NCBI GenBank assembly: GCA_965200245.1
Contig: CBDATS010000008.1
Location: 256,001 to 320,000 of the forward strand
Direction: 5' to 3'
DNA length: 64,000 bases
DNA from: a bacterium
GTDB lineage: Bacteria; UBA8248
This document shows, piece after piece, positions 10,730 to 20,962 of the stretch. Numbering within the stretch: the stretch's first letter is position 1; every line of letters begins with the position of its first letter. The position numbers and the translations under genes are program-made. The notes beneath the pieces are model-generated. The model had not been told where the DNA came from. It made no database searches and saw nothing but the letters and a program-made list of their open reading frames with translations.

Positions 10730-11410
10730 ATGAACGAGGGAGTCCCTGATTTTCAGGTGTTGCGCGAGATGTATCACCAGGAGGTGGAGGGACTTACCGA
10801 CGCCCAACTCGACTGGGAAGACCCATCCGAGGAATGGTCGCGCTGGAGTATCAGGAGACAGGTAAGCCACGTGGCGCTCGCCTATTTCTTCTGGTGGGTG
10901 AAGATGTGGGGCAAGACCCTCTGGCCGGAGAACCCGCCCGAAGACCCTGTGGATTTCGCCAAGGCGGCGTCCAATCAATACGACCGGAGACTGGATGAGG
11001 AGAAATTCTGGCGGCTTGGGGATTTGCTCCCCAAGTTCGATGAGGCGATTCATTTTGCCGAGCGTGCAGCGGAGGAAAAGAGCACGGATGATTTGAACTC
11101 ACTGGTCCTCACCCGCTCTTTCAAGCCCGAGTTGCTGATGGGAGATACGGATCCCCCCGTGTATCGGTTCTGGATGCACGTCTCCACCTTTCATGACGAG
11201 GGACTCACCCAGGATGCGGAAGATGAGACGAAATTCACGTTTACACTGGGTGGCATGCTCCGGCAACTCTACTGGGAGGCGCTCGTACACCTGCGGACGA
11301 TTCATCGCCTGAAGATCAAACAAGGCCTCACGCCCGTTACGCAGATTCCGAGGGAGGGTTTGTTGCTCGATCCGTTCTTCTGGGGACCCGAGAATGAACC
11401 GAAGATGTGA
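10730..11410 (+). CDS. DinB-superfamily protein
   Basis: GLTDAQLDW...WSIRRQVSH and C-terminal H.RTI fit a DinB four-helix bundle. RBS AAGGAG precedes ATG 10730. Confidence 0.55.
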   Translation: MNEGVPDFQVLREMYHQEVEGLTDAQLDWEDPSEEWSRWSIRRQVSHVALAYFFWWVKMWGKTLWPENPPEDPVDFAKAASNQYDRRLDEEKFWRLGDLLPKFDEAIHFAERAAEEKSTDDLNSLVLTRSFKPELLMGDTDPPVYRFWMHVSTFHDEGLTQDAEDETKFTFTLGGMLRQLYWEALVHLRTIHRLKIKQGLTPVTQIPREGLLLDPFFWGPENEPKM

Positions 11411-11445
11411 GGCCATGCGCCGCCCACTTTTCTGAGGATGTTCCA

Positions 11446-12249
11446 ATGCCGTTCGTAGCGCCTAACTCGGACATAGACATATTCTATGAGGCCCAGGGAG
11501 AAGGGCATCCCCTTCTGCTGGTGAGCGGAACGGGACATGATCACACCTTCTGGTCGGCGCAGCTTCCCTTGCTGAGTGCGGATTACCACTGCATCGTTTT
11601 CGACAACCGGGGAGTGGGCAAGAGCACGGCACCGGCGCCGGGGTATTCCTTGGCGGACATGGCGGATGACGCCGCAGGTGTTCTTGATGCCGTCGGTGTA
11701 GAGCGCGCCCACGTGATGGGTTTTTCGATGGGGGGTCACATTTCCACCGAGCTCACGCTTCGCCATCCCGAGCGCGTTGTCAGCTTGGGGCTGCATCATA
11801 CATGGGCGAGGAACTGCGCGCGCCTGGGGTCTTTTCAGCGTGTCCGCATGCGCCTCGCAGCGCGTGGCGAGCGAGAGGCGCTCGTGGAACTAAGCCTTCT
11901 GGGGCTTTACTCTCATGAATTTTACGACGCGAACGCCGATCTACTGGAGCAGAAAAGGAAGTGGCTCACTGAACAATCCGGCGTCGACCTGGGCTGGGAG
12001 GGGCAACTGCGCGCCTGTCTGGAGGGGGATACCCTCGCTCGGCTTCATCAGATACAGGTTCCCACGCTCATTACGTGTTCGGATCGGGACTTGATCGTCG
12101 ACCCCCATCACGCGAGGGAGATTCATGCTCGCATCGCAGGCTCCAAACTGATCGTCATGGAGGGAACGGGCCACGTGGCGCTCATCGAGCGACCTGACGC
12201 GTTCGCACGCATCTGCCATAAATTTCTGACTTCTCTGCCGCCGGGGTAA
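11446..12249 (+). CDS. Alpha/beta hydrolase
   Basis: Motifs FDNRGVG, GFSMGG nucleophile elbow and GTGH. Confidence 0.9.
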   Translation: MPFVAPNSDIDIFYEAQGEGHPLLLVSGTGHDHTFWSAQLPLLSADYHCIVFDNRGVGKSTAPAPGYSLADMADDAAGVLDAVGVERAHVMGFSMGGHISTELTLRHPERVVSLGLHHTWARNCARLGSFQRVRMRLAARGEREALVELSLLGLYSHEFYDANADLLEQKRKWLTEQSGVDLGWEGQLRACLEGDTLARLHQIQVPTLITCSDRDLIVDPHHAREIHARIAGSKLIVMEGTGHVALIERPDAFARICHKFLTSLPPG

Positions 12250-12636
12250 GGATACGACTCGCGCCGCCCGTTCGGACGAGTGAACCCCGATTCCCGGAAG
12301 GCCCCTGAACTACCGTACGATTTCACTTTCCCCATGGGAGTGATGGTCAAGAAAATGGACGACAGTGCCCAGAAAACAGAACAGATACAGCCCTTCTTCC
12401 GGCCCTCCTGGACAGTGTCCATGGGCCTGATACCGGAACTTGCTCTGAAAATAGGCATGCCCTACACTTAGCAAAGCGTTGATTTCAAGGGTGGCTGGCT
12501 CCATTGAGGACAGGATATGCATCATCCGGGCTCTTGAGTGCTTGGTGAAGGGGTGGTTGTTCGGTCCAATCGAGACTTCGGACCTCATATAATAACCATG
12601 ACTTCTCACCGGATCTCGCGCAAGGAGGATGCAGCC

Positions 12637-13533
12637 GTGTCGGAAACCTACACCCATCACACCAATCCCGATTACCTGGTAGTGACCACATGGAATGACA
12701 GGATATATGAATCTCATGGCGTGAATTTCGACAAAACATATAACTGGCCATTTCCGCGCATTGCATACAATGAAGACAGGGACATGTTCGACATAATTCC
12801 CGAATGCAAGAGATTCGTAGAAAATGCCAGGAAAAGAGGCATGACCGACGAGGAGAAACTCAAGCTCAGACAAAAAAACATGGTATCAGCTACGCCCAAG
12901 GACTGGCATTTCGATGTAATCAGATTCTCCTACAAGGTTTACGCCTATACACATGCCGTCCTGAATGACATGGCCAAAAGGGGTATCATGTACTTTGATG
13001 CCGACTTCGTGTTCAAGGATGGACCTCCCGTAGACGAGAAGTGGATATCGGATAATGTACACAGGGACCATGCCCCCGTATCCTACTTGTCCAGCACAGG
13101 CGAGATCATGGCAGAATCGGGATTTGTATACTTCAACATGGAACATCCAGAGACCAGAAACCTGGTAGCCGAGATAAGAAACTGCTACGATTCAGGTTCG
13201 GTATTCAATATGGACAGGTGGGATGATGGCTATGTGCTGGGCTGGGTACTGAGAGATTTCGAGAACAGGAATGGAATCAGGAATCACAATATGACGATCG
13301 ACATGGACACATCCATTGTCAACTGCGTAATGGATAGCCCACTGGCCAGCGTGGTCGAACATCATCTTGGATACAAGACATACCCGTCGTATAGCAGGGA
13401 GTTTTTCGAGAATGACCTCATGGCTGAATTGAAACTATCCCTGATAACAGAACTGAGAGACAAGAAACTGTCCCGAATAATCGAACGAAGAAACAGAATG
13501 TCATCTCCCCAACGCACAGATTCAGAATCATGA
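12637..13533 (+). CDS. Putative nucleotide-diphospho-sugar (GT-A fold) glycosyltransferase-like protein with foreign composition
   Basis: DVIRFSYKVYA, YFDADF (DxD), ESGFV.FN, WDDGYV. RBS AAGGAGG precedes GTG 12637. The gene is AT-richer with many AGA/AGG/ATA codons. Confidence 0.6.
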   Translation: MSETYTHHTNPDYLVVTTWNDRIYESHGVNFDKTYNWPFPRIAYNEDRDMFDIIPECKRFVENARKRGMTDEEKLKLRQKNMVSATPKDWHFDVIRFSYKVYAYTHAVLNDMAKRGIMYFDADFVFKDGPPVDEKWISDNVHRDHAPVSYLSSTGEIMAESGFVYFNMEHPETRNLVAEIRNCYDSGSVFNMDRWDDGYVLGWVLRDFENRNGIRNHNMTIDMDTSIVNCVMDSPLASVVEHHLGYKTYPSYSREFFENDLMAELKLSLITELRDKKLSRIIERRNRMSSPQRTDSES

Positions 13534-13923
13534 CATCAAGCAAAACCGTTGGATGAGCTTCTGAAGACGGGAATTCAGGTTCAATCCCCCAAATCCGGGT
13601 ATGCGGTATATAAGGCAATGGAAAAAACGAAAAAGAACTCTCTGGAATCGTTTTATCAACCTTTGCCAAAATAAACCTGTGCCATTCTGTATGTTGGCCC
13701 GCCCTGGTATTACAACGGGAAACCACCGCCGGTTTGACAAAGGCCCTGGGCTTGGGGCAAGAAAAAATCGGTTTCATTCTCTTTGTCCATCGAACCGAAC
13801 GGTCTGGATATTCGGAAAGTGAGGTGTGCCATCCTCAGGAAGATTTTCGGCTGGTTCACTCGAAGGAACAACCTCTCACCGGGGAGTCGTTCACCTGCTT
13901 CAGGCGGCGGTTTCGGCCTGCCG

Positions 13924-14481
13924 ATGGTGCCGGATCAGGCAGAACAGGAAGCCCTTTTTGCCGAGAAAATCGAAGCCCATGGCAAGTGGCTGCAAAGTTC
14001 GGGAGCGCGAGGAGAACGTGCGAACTTTGCGGGCTCGAATCTGGAAAGCATCAGTTTATTCATGGCGAACCTCTCCAAGGCAGATTTGCGCGAGGCGTGC
14101 CTGTTCCATGCCAACGCGCAATGGGCGAACTTGGATGGGGCTGATCTCACGGGTGCCAATCTCGAAGGAGCCGATCTGTTTCAGTCAAGCCTTGAGGGGG
14201 CGAATCTCAGCGGCGCGCGGATGGCCGGGGCCAACATGATGTCCGCTGCTCTCAAATTCGCTGATTTGACGGACGTAGACCTCACGGGAGCCGACCTGCG
14301 CGGGACCTCGCTCCAGCGGACAAAACTCTCAGGCGCGAATCTTCTGGATGCTCTCATCGACAATGCCGATCTGGAACTCGCCGACATCCGTGGTGTCGAC
14401 CTCTCGGGCGTGAAGGGCCTCACACCCGAGCAGGCTGAAGGCGCGCTCAAGGACGGGGAGACACTTTTTCCAGATGTGTGA
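13924..14481 (+). CDS. Pentapeptide-repeat protein
   Basis: H.KWL....G..A leader followed by many A(D/N)Lxx repeats. Start is uncertain (13783-13924). Confidence 0.9.
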   Translation: MVPDQAEQEALFAEKIEAHGKWLQSSGARGERANFAGSNLESISLFMANLSKADLREACLFHANAQWANLDGADLTGANLEGADLFQSSLEGANLSGARMAGANMMSAALKFADLTDVDLTGADLRGTSLQRTKLSGANLLDALIDNADLELADIRGVDLSGVKGLTPEQAEGALKDGETLFPDV

Positions 14482-14590
14482 GGCCTGTCTCCGGGATATT
14501 TTTTGGGTGCCTTCCCTGTGTCTTTTTCTTTGGCGGGATTCGGTTTATGATGAGTTTTTGTCGAGATTCAACGAGCAGGAGTAACGCCCC

Positions 14591-15685
14591 ATGGCACAGA
14601 CGACACGGATGTTGGACCACGAAGTCGATTTGGTGGAGTACTACTACGAACAGGGTTTCACGGACGGGCTTCCCGTCGTACCGCCCACGCCGGAGAAGAT
14701 AGATGCAACCGTCGCGGCACTGGGAGGTGATAAGGACTTCATCGAATGCCGCGTGCCCCCACGCTGGGGCAACCTCACGAGAGAGGTGCTTGCGATCAAC
14801 ATGGTGATGGCGGGCTGCAAGGTGGAATACGCGTCCATTGTTCGTGCGGCGATGCTCGCGCTTTGCGACCCGCACTTCAACCTGAACGGCGTGCAAGCCA
14901 CCACCCACATGGCATGTCCGCTCATCGTGGTGAACGGACCGATTCGAAACGAGGTCGGCATGAACGCGGGCTGCAACGTGTTCGGCTCGGGCAACCGCGC
15001 GAACGCGACGATAGGCCGCGCGGTACGGATGATTCTCCTGAACGTGGGCGGTGCGTGGCCAGGCGATCTTGACAAGAGTACGCTGGGCTGTCCCACAAAA
15101 TACACCTACTGCATCGCGGAGAACGAAGAGGCGAGCCCTTGGGCGCCCTATCACGTGGAACAAGGCTACGCGCCCGAGGATTCCACCGTCTTTGCCATCG
15201 CTGCCGAGGCACCGCACAGTGTGACGAACCACATCGCGGACGATCCCGAGGGAATCCTCGACAGTATCTGCTCGGCGATGAGCACGATTGCGCACAACAA
15301 TTCAGTGAGCAGCGGATCGTGCGCCGTCGTCATTAGCCCAGAACATGGGGCGACCATCAGTGCCAGGAACTGGACGCGAAACGACGTGAAAAGCTACCTC
15401 TGGATGCATACCAGGAACACGTTTGCCGATATCTCGTTCAACCACCGTTACGGCAAGGTTTACAACCGCAACATTCCCAAGTGGTACAGACGCGCGCCGG
15501 AGGAGAGAATTCCCATCGTGCCGAGCCCCGAGAATATCCACCTGTTCGTAGCGGGCGGGGATGCGGGTCGTTTTTCGGCCTTCATCCCCGGCTGGGGCCA
15601 CATGACAAATCCGGTGCTCCGGGCAATCGACGGCAAGGTGCTCGAAGGCGGCCCCGTCTGCGTGGACGGCACCTGTCTGCTTTAG
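14591..15685 (+). CDS. Conserved hypothetical protein associated with the UGSC gene
   Basis: 364 aa with G.TDGLPVVPPT, NMVMAGC, QATTH and NRANATIGRA motifs and a C-terminal CVDGTC. RBS AGGAG. Confidence 0.8.
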   Translation: MAQTTRMLDHEVDLVEYYYEQGFTDGLPVVPPTPEKIDATVAALGGDKDFIECRVPPRWGNLTREVLAINMVMAGCKVEYASIVRAAMLALCDPHFNLNGVQATTHMACPLIVVNGPIRNEVGMNAGCNVFGSGNRANATIGRAVRMILLNVGGAWPGDLDKSTLGCPTKYTYCIAENEEASPWAPYHVEQGYAPEDSTVFAIAAEAPHSVTNHIADDPEGILDSICSAMSTIAHNNSVSSGSCAVVISPEHGATISARNWTRNDVKSYLWMHTRNTFADISFNHRYGKVYNRNIPKWYRRAPEERIPIVPSPENIHLFVAGGDAGRFSAFIPGWGHMTNPVLRAIDGKVLEGGPVCVDGTCLL

Positions 15686-15712
15686 AATTTTGAGAAGAAC
15701 GGGAGAAAACCA

Positions 15713-16255
15713 ATGAGTGAAGTCATCACGGGTCAGATCGTCTATGACCCCCGGGGGGTGGTAGAGGCAGAAACCCAGCCCACCGCCGAGCGTGTCGGGG
15801 ACCTGAAGGGCTTGAAACTCGGCGTCCTGGATAACACGAAGTGGAACGGGCGCAAGCTGCTCGAGAAGACCACGGCGCTGATGGAGGCGGAGGGCCCCTT
15901 CGCCGAGGTGCGCTACTACAAGAAAGAGAGCTTTTCGAAGAACGCGGCACCCGATTTGATTGCGCAAATCGTGGAGGAGAACGATGTCGTCCTGACGGCG
16001 ATTGGCGACTGAGGCTCCTGCACATCGTGCTGTATGCACGATGCGGTCTCCCTGGAGGAAAAGGGTGTCCCCACCGCCGTTATAGTGACCGAGGTGTTCC
16101 TCCACGAAGCCCGCGTGCAAAGGGCGGCTCTGGGGATGAACGACCTGACCCCGGTGGTTATCCAGCACCCCCTGAGCACGCTCTCGGAAGAGGAAATCTC
16201 CGCGCGCGCGGGTGATGCGGCCCGCCAAGCGGTGAAGGTTCTGCTCAAAGGCTAG
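15713..16255 (+). CDS. UGSC-family selenoprotein (Sec100, motif AIGD-U-GSCTSCC), 180 aa
   Basis: ORFs 15713..16012 and 16034..16255 are in the same frame and separated only by TGA 16010-16012. A hairpin follows. Confidence 0.9.
16023..16043 (+). promoter_or_regulatory. Putative bacterial SECIS element
   Basis: CATCGTGC-TGTAT-GCACGATG, an 8-bp perfect stem with the loop 18 nt after the UGA and G at loop position 2. Confidence 0.7.
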
Positions 16256-16266
16256 TACATCTATTT

Positions 16267-17499
16267 ATGACAAAGCCCTTGGAAGGTATCCGCGTCCTCG
16301 ACCTGACGCAGTTTCTCTCGGGTCCGCAGGCCACACTTTTCTTGGCGGGCCTGGGAGCCGAGGTCATCCGAATCGACAATCCTGCCACTGGCGACCCGGT
16401 GGCCTATTCCCCTCCCTTCATCGGCGAGAAGGGCGTCTCTTACCATCCCCAAACGGATGAGGACATGGGGATGGCCTATTTGAAGCGTACGCGCCAGAAA
16501 AAGGCGGTCACCCTGAACATCAAGGATCCACGCGGCCTCGAGATGTTCTATGGCCTCGTCGCTCGATCCGACATCTTGGTGGAGAACTTCTCCGTCGGCG
16601 TCACGAAAAGGCTCAAAATCGACTACGAGACGCTTCACGCCCGAAAACCCTCCTTGGTGTATTGTTCCATCACGGGTTATGGACAGACGGGACCTGACTC
16701 CGGCCTGAAGGGTTACGACGCTGTCTCCCAGGCCGCTTCGGGCCTGATGAACCTCACGGGCTTTCCCGACGGTCCGCCCACCAAGGCGGGTTCGGCCCTT
16801 GGCGACAGTATGGGAGGCACGTTCGCCTTCGGCGCCATCATGACTGCGCTCTTTCACCGTGAGCGCACAGGCAAAGGTCAGCATATTGACATTTCGATGA
16901 TCGACTGCATCTTCTCGCTCATCTTCGATGAGCCGATGGATTGTTACGAACGGCTGGGCCTCCCGCCGCGTATCGGCAACCGCATCATGCGGCTCGCGCC
17001 GTTCAATGCCTACGAGACGAAAGACGGCTGGGTAATCGTCGCTTCGGGCACCAACGCGCATTGGCACAACATACTGCACGGCATCGAACGCACCGACCTG
17101 ATAGGCGATGAACGATACGAGGACATGAGCCGGCGCGTGAGCAAGGTAGAGGAAGTCGACGCAATCATCAACGAATGGACTAGGCGGCGCGAGACGAAAG
17201 AGGCAGTCTCCTCACTGCGTGCGCACGACGTTATCTGCGGGCCGGTGAACAACATCGACGACATCCTCGCATGGCCCCATATGCAAGAGCGCGAGATGAT
17301 TGTCGATCTCGAACACCCCACCCTGGGGACGCTCGCCGGTGCGAAAGCCCCCGGTTTTCCCTTCAAATTCAGCGAAATCAAGGGTAGCTACGAGGCCTCC
17401 GCCCCGCTCGTGGGGCAGCACAACGCGGAAATCCTGGGCGGATTGCTCGGCGTGTCCGACGCAGAATTGAAGGGACTGGAAGACGCAGGTGTAATCTAG
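16267..17499 (+). CDS. CaiB/BaiF (family III) CoA-transferase
   Basis: Motifs PLEGIRVLDLT, LGAEVI, ENFS, SITGYGQTGP, GYD and G.GQHIDISM. Confidence 0.93.
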   Translation: MTKPLEGIRVLDLTQFLSGPQATLFLAGLGAEVIRIDNPATGDPVAYSPPFIGEKGVSYHPQTDEDMGMAYLKRTRQKKAVTLNIKDPRGLEMFYGLVARSDILVENFSVGVTKRLKIDYETLHARKPSLVYCSITGYGQTGPDSGLKGYDAVSQAASGLMNLTGFPDGPPTKAGSALGDSMGGTFAFGAIMTALFHRERTGKGQHIDISMIDCIFSLIFDEPMDCYERLGLPPRIGNRIMRLAPFNAYETKDGWVIVASGTNAHWHNILHGIERTDLIGDERYEDMSRRVSKVEEVDAIINEWTRRRETKEAVSSLRAHDVICGPVNNIDDILAWPHMQEREMIVDLEHPTLGTLAGAKAPGFPFKFSEIKGSYEASAPLVGQHNAEILGGLLGVSDAELKGLEDAGVI

Positions 17500-17534
17500 G
17501 CACCCTCCCTGGAGGAATCTGCAGGGTTTCTTCC

Positions 17535-18368
17535 ATGAGACGCGGTATCTTCATGCTGATGATGGTTTGTTTCCTCCTTTTGGGGTGCGCCGGAGAAGTC
17601 AACCTCTCGGGAGGGATCAATCCCAAAACGCTCGATCTGGCCGAAGAGGCGCGACGCACGTTCGATGCCGCCTACGTCATGCTCGAGATAAATGGCGAGT
17701 TCATCGGTGGCAGGATGGATGAGAGGTTCGTCCAGGTAAAACTCGCGGGATTAAAGAAAAAACGCCGCACCGTGATTTTCATTCACGGCTGCTCGGGACT
17801 AGGACGCGGGAACTTGCACTATATGCGGATTCTCGCACGGGCGGGCTACGCTGTCATTGCGCCAGACAGCTTCGCACGCCGCTACCGGCCTGAGACGTGC
17901 GATCCTGCGCGACATCGAGGCATAGAAGGTGCGCCGCACAGGCGCGTGGGGCGGATGCGCCAGAAGGAGATTCATCACGCGGCGTACCGGGTTCGGCATA
18001 TCCGATGGGTGGACAGGCAAAACCTCTTTCTGATGGGGCACAGCCAGGGAGGAACCGCAGCCGCTTCCTATGGGGGAGATGAGTTCGGTGCTCACGTCAT
18101 CTCGGGTTCCACTTGCGGGCGCGGCGTTCGAGTGCCTAAAGCGATTCCTGTTCTTGTGCTGTACTCGAAAGGGGATCCCTGGCGGCGTGGGAGGCCCGCC
18201 GATAGATGCCTGCGCAAGGCGAAAGAACGTGGTGTGAACATGGAGTTTCATCTCTTCGAGGGTCGCGCGCACAACTTCTCACGCAACAGGCGAGCCCGTC
18301 GGCTGATTCTCGATTTTTTGAAGCGATACCGCAGAGCGGAAACGATAATGATACAGAGCGCGCTCTAG
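17535..18368 (+). CDS. Dienelactone hydrolase-family lipoprotein
   Basis: Lipobox LLGC, HGCSG, GHSQGG elbow and HNF. Confidence 0.8.
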   Translation: MRRGIFMLMMVCFLLLGCAGEVNLSGGINPKTLDLAEEARRTFDAAYVMLEINGEFIGGRMDERFVQVKLAGLKKKRRTVIFIHGCSGLGRGNLHYMRILARAGYAVIAPDSFARRYRPETCDPARHRGIEGAPHRRVGRMRQKEIHHAAYRVRHIRWVDRQNLFLMGHSQGGTAAASYGGDEFGAHVISGSTCGRGVRVPKAIPVLVLYSKGDPWRRGRPADRCLRKAKERGVNMEFHLFEGRAHNFSRNRRARRLILDFLKRYRRAETIMIQSAL

Positions 18369-18461
18369 AAAAATTCCGTTTCGCCCGGTCTTCACGACAA
18401 AGCCGCGCCCCTGTGGTAGGATTCGCCATATCGCATACATGAACTCTGGAGGTTCACCCTC

Positions 18462-19448
18462 ATGCGAATCTGTACGATCAGTCTGGGAGGTGAGGCGCGC
18501 ATCGGCGTCTTGTTCGGGGAGAAAATCGCCGATCTCAAGCTGGCCTATGCCTTGTCGCTGGATGAGGTATCCGCTGCCGAGGCTATTGACCGCGTCGAGG
18601 CCGAGGTTCCCGATGATTGTGAGGAGTTTATCGAGGACCTCGAGTTGAATCGCCCCTTGGCGGAGGAAGCTCTTCAAGTGCTCGAAAATCATGGAAACAA
18701 GCAAGAACCGGTTCGCTTCGACGGGATGCAGGTGGTTTATGAACCCGGTGAAGTCGAAATCCTTCCTCCGGTCGTCCCGGGCACGCTGTTCTGCATGGCG
18801 AGGAACTACGTGGCGCATGCCGCCGAGATGGCGCGCACTCAGGTGGACGACTTTAAGGAAGAACTTCCGCTCTATTGTTTCCTGAAACCTGCGACGTGCG
18901 TGAGTGGCCCCTATGACGATGTGCCTGTCTATCCCTCGATGGAAAAACTCGACTATGAACTCGAACTCGGCGTGCTCATCGGGCAGGGTGGCAAGAACAT
19001 TCCCGTGGAGCGCGCCATGGACCATGTGGGCGGCTACACCTTGTTCAACGACATGAGCGATCGTACGACGCTCAATATGGGCAAGTTCATCGACTGGTAT
19101 GCCATGAAGGCTCCCGACGGTTTCGGCCCCATCGGCCCCTATATCCTCTTGCCCGAAGAAGGGCTCGACCCCCACGATTTACGGCTCAAGCTCTGGGTGA
19201 ACGGCGAACTTAGGCAAGACGCGACCACGGGTGATATGGTCTGGCGCATCGTCGAGCAGGTGTCCTATCTATCGAGTATCACAACACTGCGAACGGGCGA
19301 CATCATCGGCACCGGATCGCCTGCAGGCAATGCCGCTTCTTGGGGAGAATATCTCCAGCCAGGGGATCTGATAGAGGGTGAAATCGAAAGCATCGGACGC
19401 CAAGCTTTCCGCATCAGGATCGAGAACCCCGAGTATGTCCCGGGCTAG
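18462..19448 (+). CDS. Fumarylacetoacetate hydrolase-family protein
   Basis: Motifs RNY..H..E, FLKP, DYELEL, NDMSDR, K..DGF.PIGP and GDIIGTGSP. Confidence 0.92.
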   Translation: MRICTISLGGEARIGVLFGEKIADLKLAYALSLDEVSAAEAIDRVEAEVPDDCEEFIEDLELNRPLAEEALQVLENHGNKQEPVRFDGMQVVYEPGEVEILPPVVPGTLFCMARNYVAHAAEMARTQVDDFKEELPLYCFLKPATCVSGPYDDVPVYPSMEKLDYELELGVLIGQGGKNIPVERAMDHVGGYTLFNDMSDRTTLNMGKFIDWYAMKAPDGFGPIGPYILLPEEGLDPHDLRLKLWVNGELRQDATTGDMVWRIVEQVSYLSSITTLRTGDIIGTGSPAGNAASWGEYLQPGDLIEGEIESIGRQAFRIRIENPEYVPG

Positions 19449-19542
19449 ATTTTCCGGTGGTTGATCCCTGACAGTCCGGGGATTAAGATTTTCTCGGTGC
19501 ACGAGGTGCTCCCGAGCCGCTGAAAACCGAAAGGGGAAACCC

Positions 19543-20910
19543 ATGAACTCACCAATGGCCGAAGCCGAATCACTCCGTATGATGGACAAGGAGCACGTCT
19601 GGCATCCGCTCTTGAACCATTTCGGAATGGAGGAGAATCCCCTCGATGTCGTGGTCAAGGCCGAAGGATCAACCATCCAGGACGCTTCCGGCAGGGAATA
19701 CATTGACGCCATGGCCGGGCTTTGGTGCGTGAACATCGGTTACGGGCGCGACGAGGTGGCCCGTGCGGCCTACGAGCAGATGCTCGAGTTGTCCTACTAT
19801 CCGCTCACGCAGGTAAACCCGCCGGCTGCCAGACTCGCCGAGCGTCTTGCCTCCTTGCTGCCCAAGGGAGTCGAGCGTGTCTGGTTCGTTAACTCGGGTT
19901 CCGAGGCGGTGGATACCGCTATCAAGATAGCCCGTGCCTATGGACGTCTGAACGGCGGGAAGCGGTACAAGATCATCGCCCGCCACCAGGGATATCATGG
20001 AGCGACAATTGGCGGGGCGAGCCTCACCGGACAGACGCTCAGGCGCGCGATGTTCGAACCGCTCCTGCCGGGCGTGATTCACGTAAGTGCACCCTATTTC
20101 TACCGCAGCAACGCAGATACTGAAGAAGAACTCGCCTCCCGCTGCGCGGACGAGCTGGATGAGGTCATCCGCTATGAGGATCCCGGGACTGTGGCGGCGT
20201 TCATCGCGGAGCCTGTCATCGGTGGCGGCGGGGTGATTCCGCCTCCCGCGGATTACCTGAAACGCATGCGTGAGGTATGCAGAAACCACGGCGTGTTGTT
20301 CATCGCCGATGAGGTTATCACCGGCTTCGGGCGCACGGGAGTGCTGTTCGCTTCCGACTTGTATGAGATCGAACCGGATATCATGACGATGGCCAAGGGG
20401 CTGAGCAGCGCCTATCTGCCTATCGGGGCGACGGCGACCACGAGCGAAATTTTCGAGGCCCTGAACGCCGAGGGCGATTCAGGCTTCCTGCAAATCAACA
20501 CTTACGGAGGACACCCCGCGGCCTGTGCAGCGTCGCTCAAGAATCTGGAAATCATGATGGATGAGGAGTTGCCCGCGCGAGGTGCCAAGGTGGGCACTTA
20601 TCTCGGCGGGCTATTGAAGAAACTTTCCGACATTCCACTGGTGGGCGACGTGCGGGGGGTGGGCCTCATCTGGGGCGTCGAGTTGGTAGAAGAGAGTGGT
20701 GCGCCGCTTCCCACGGCGGCCACGGCGAAGGTGCTGGCCTACGCGAAAGAAGCGGGTGTCATTTTCGGCAAGAACGCAGGTATCGCAGCGGGCCCCTCGA
20801 ACACCGTAACCATCAGCCCGCCGCTGGTCTTTACAGAAGAAGAAGCCGAGCGCGCTGCCTCCGCTCTCGACGGTGCCCTGCGCCGCGTCCAGGCGGAGAG
20901 TGGCGTGTGA
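19543..20910 (+). CDS. Class-III PLP aminotransferase (omega-amine/taurine:pyruvate type)
   Basis: Motifs D..HVWH, GLWCVNIGYG, SGSEA, YHG, DEVITGFGRTG and MAKGLSS. Confidence 0.9.
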   Translation: MNSPMAEAESLRMMDKEHVWHPLLNHFGMEENPLDVVVKAEGSTIQDASGREYIDAMAGLWCVNIGYGRDEVARAAYEQMLELSYYPLTQVNPPAARLAERLASLLPKGVERVWFVNSGSEAVDTAIKIARAYGRLNGGKRYKIIARHQGYHGATIGGASLTGQTLRRAMFEPLLPGVIHVSAPYFYRSNADTEEELASRCADELDEVIRYEDPGTVAAFIAEPVIGGGGVIPPPADYLKRMREVCRNHGVLFIADEVITGFGRTGVLFASDLYEIEPDIMTMAKGLSSAYLPIGATATTSEIFEALNAEGDSGFLQINTYGGHPAACAASLKNLEIMMDEELPARGAKVGTYLGGLLKKLSDIPLVGDVRGVGLIWGVELVEESGAPLPTAATAKVLAYAKEAGVIFGKNAGIAAGPSNTVTISPPLVFTEEEAERAASALDGALRRVQAESGV

Positions 20911-20962
20911 AACGATAGCTGATAATCCAATCTTATTCATCATCCTGTAGGGAGGTTGTAAT

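Noticed and set aside
14020-14420. Periodic 15-nt pattern resembling a repeat array or CRISPR
   Set aside because: It is explained by pentapeptide-repeat protein coding; there are no identical repeats with unique spacers and no cas genes.
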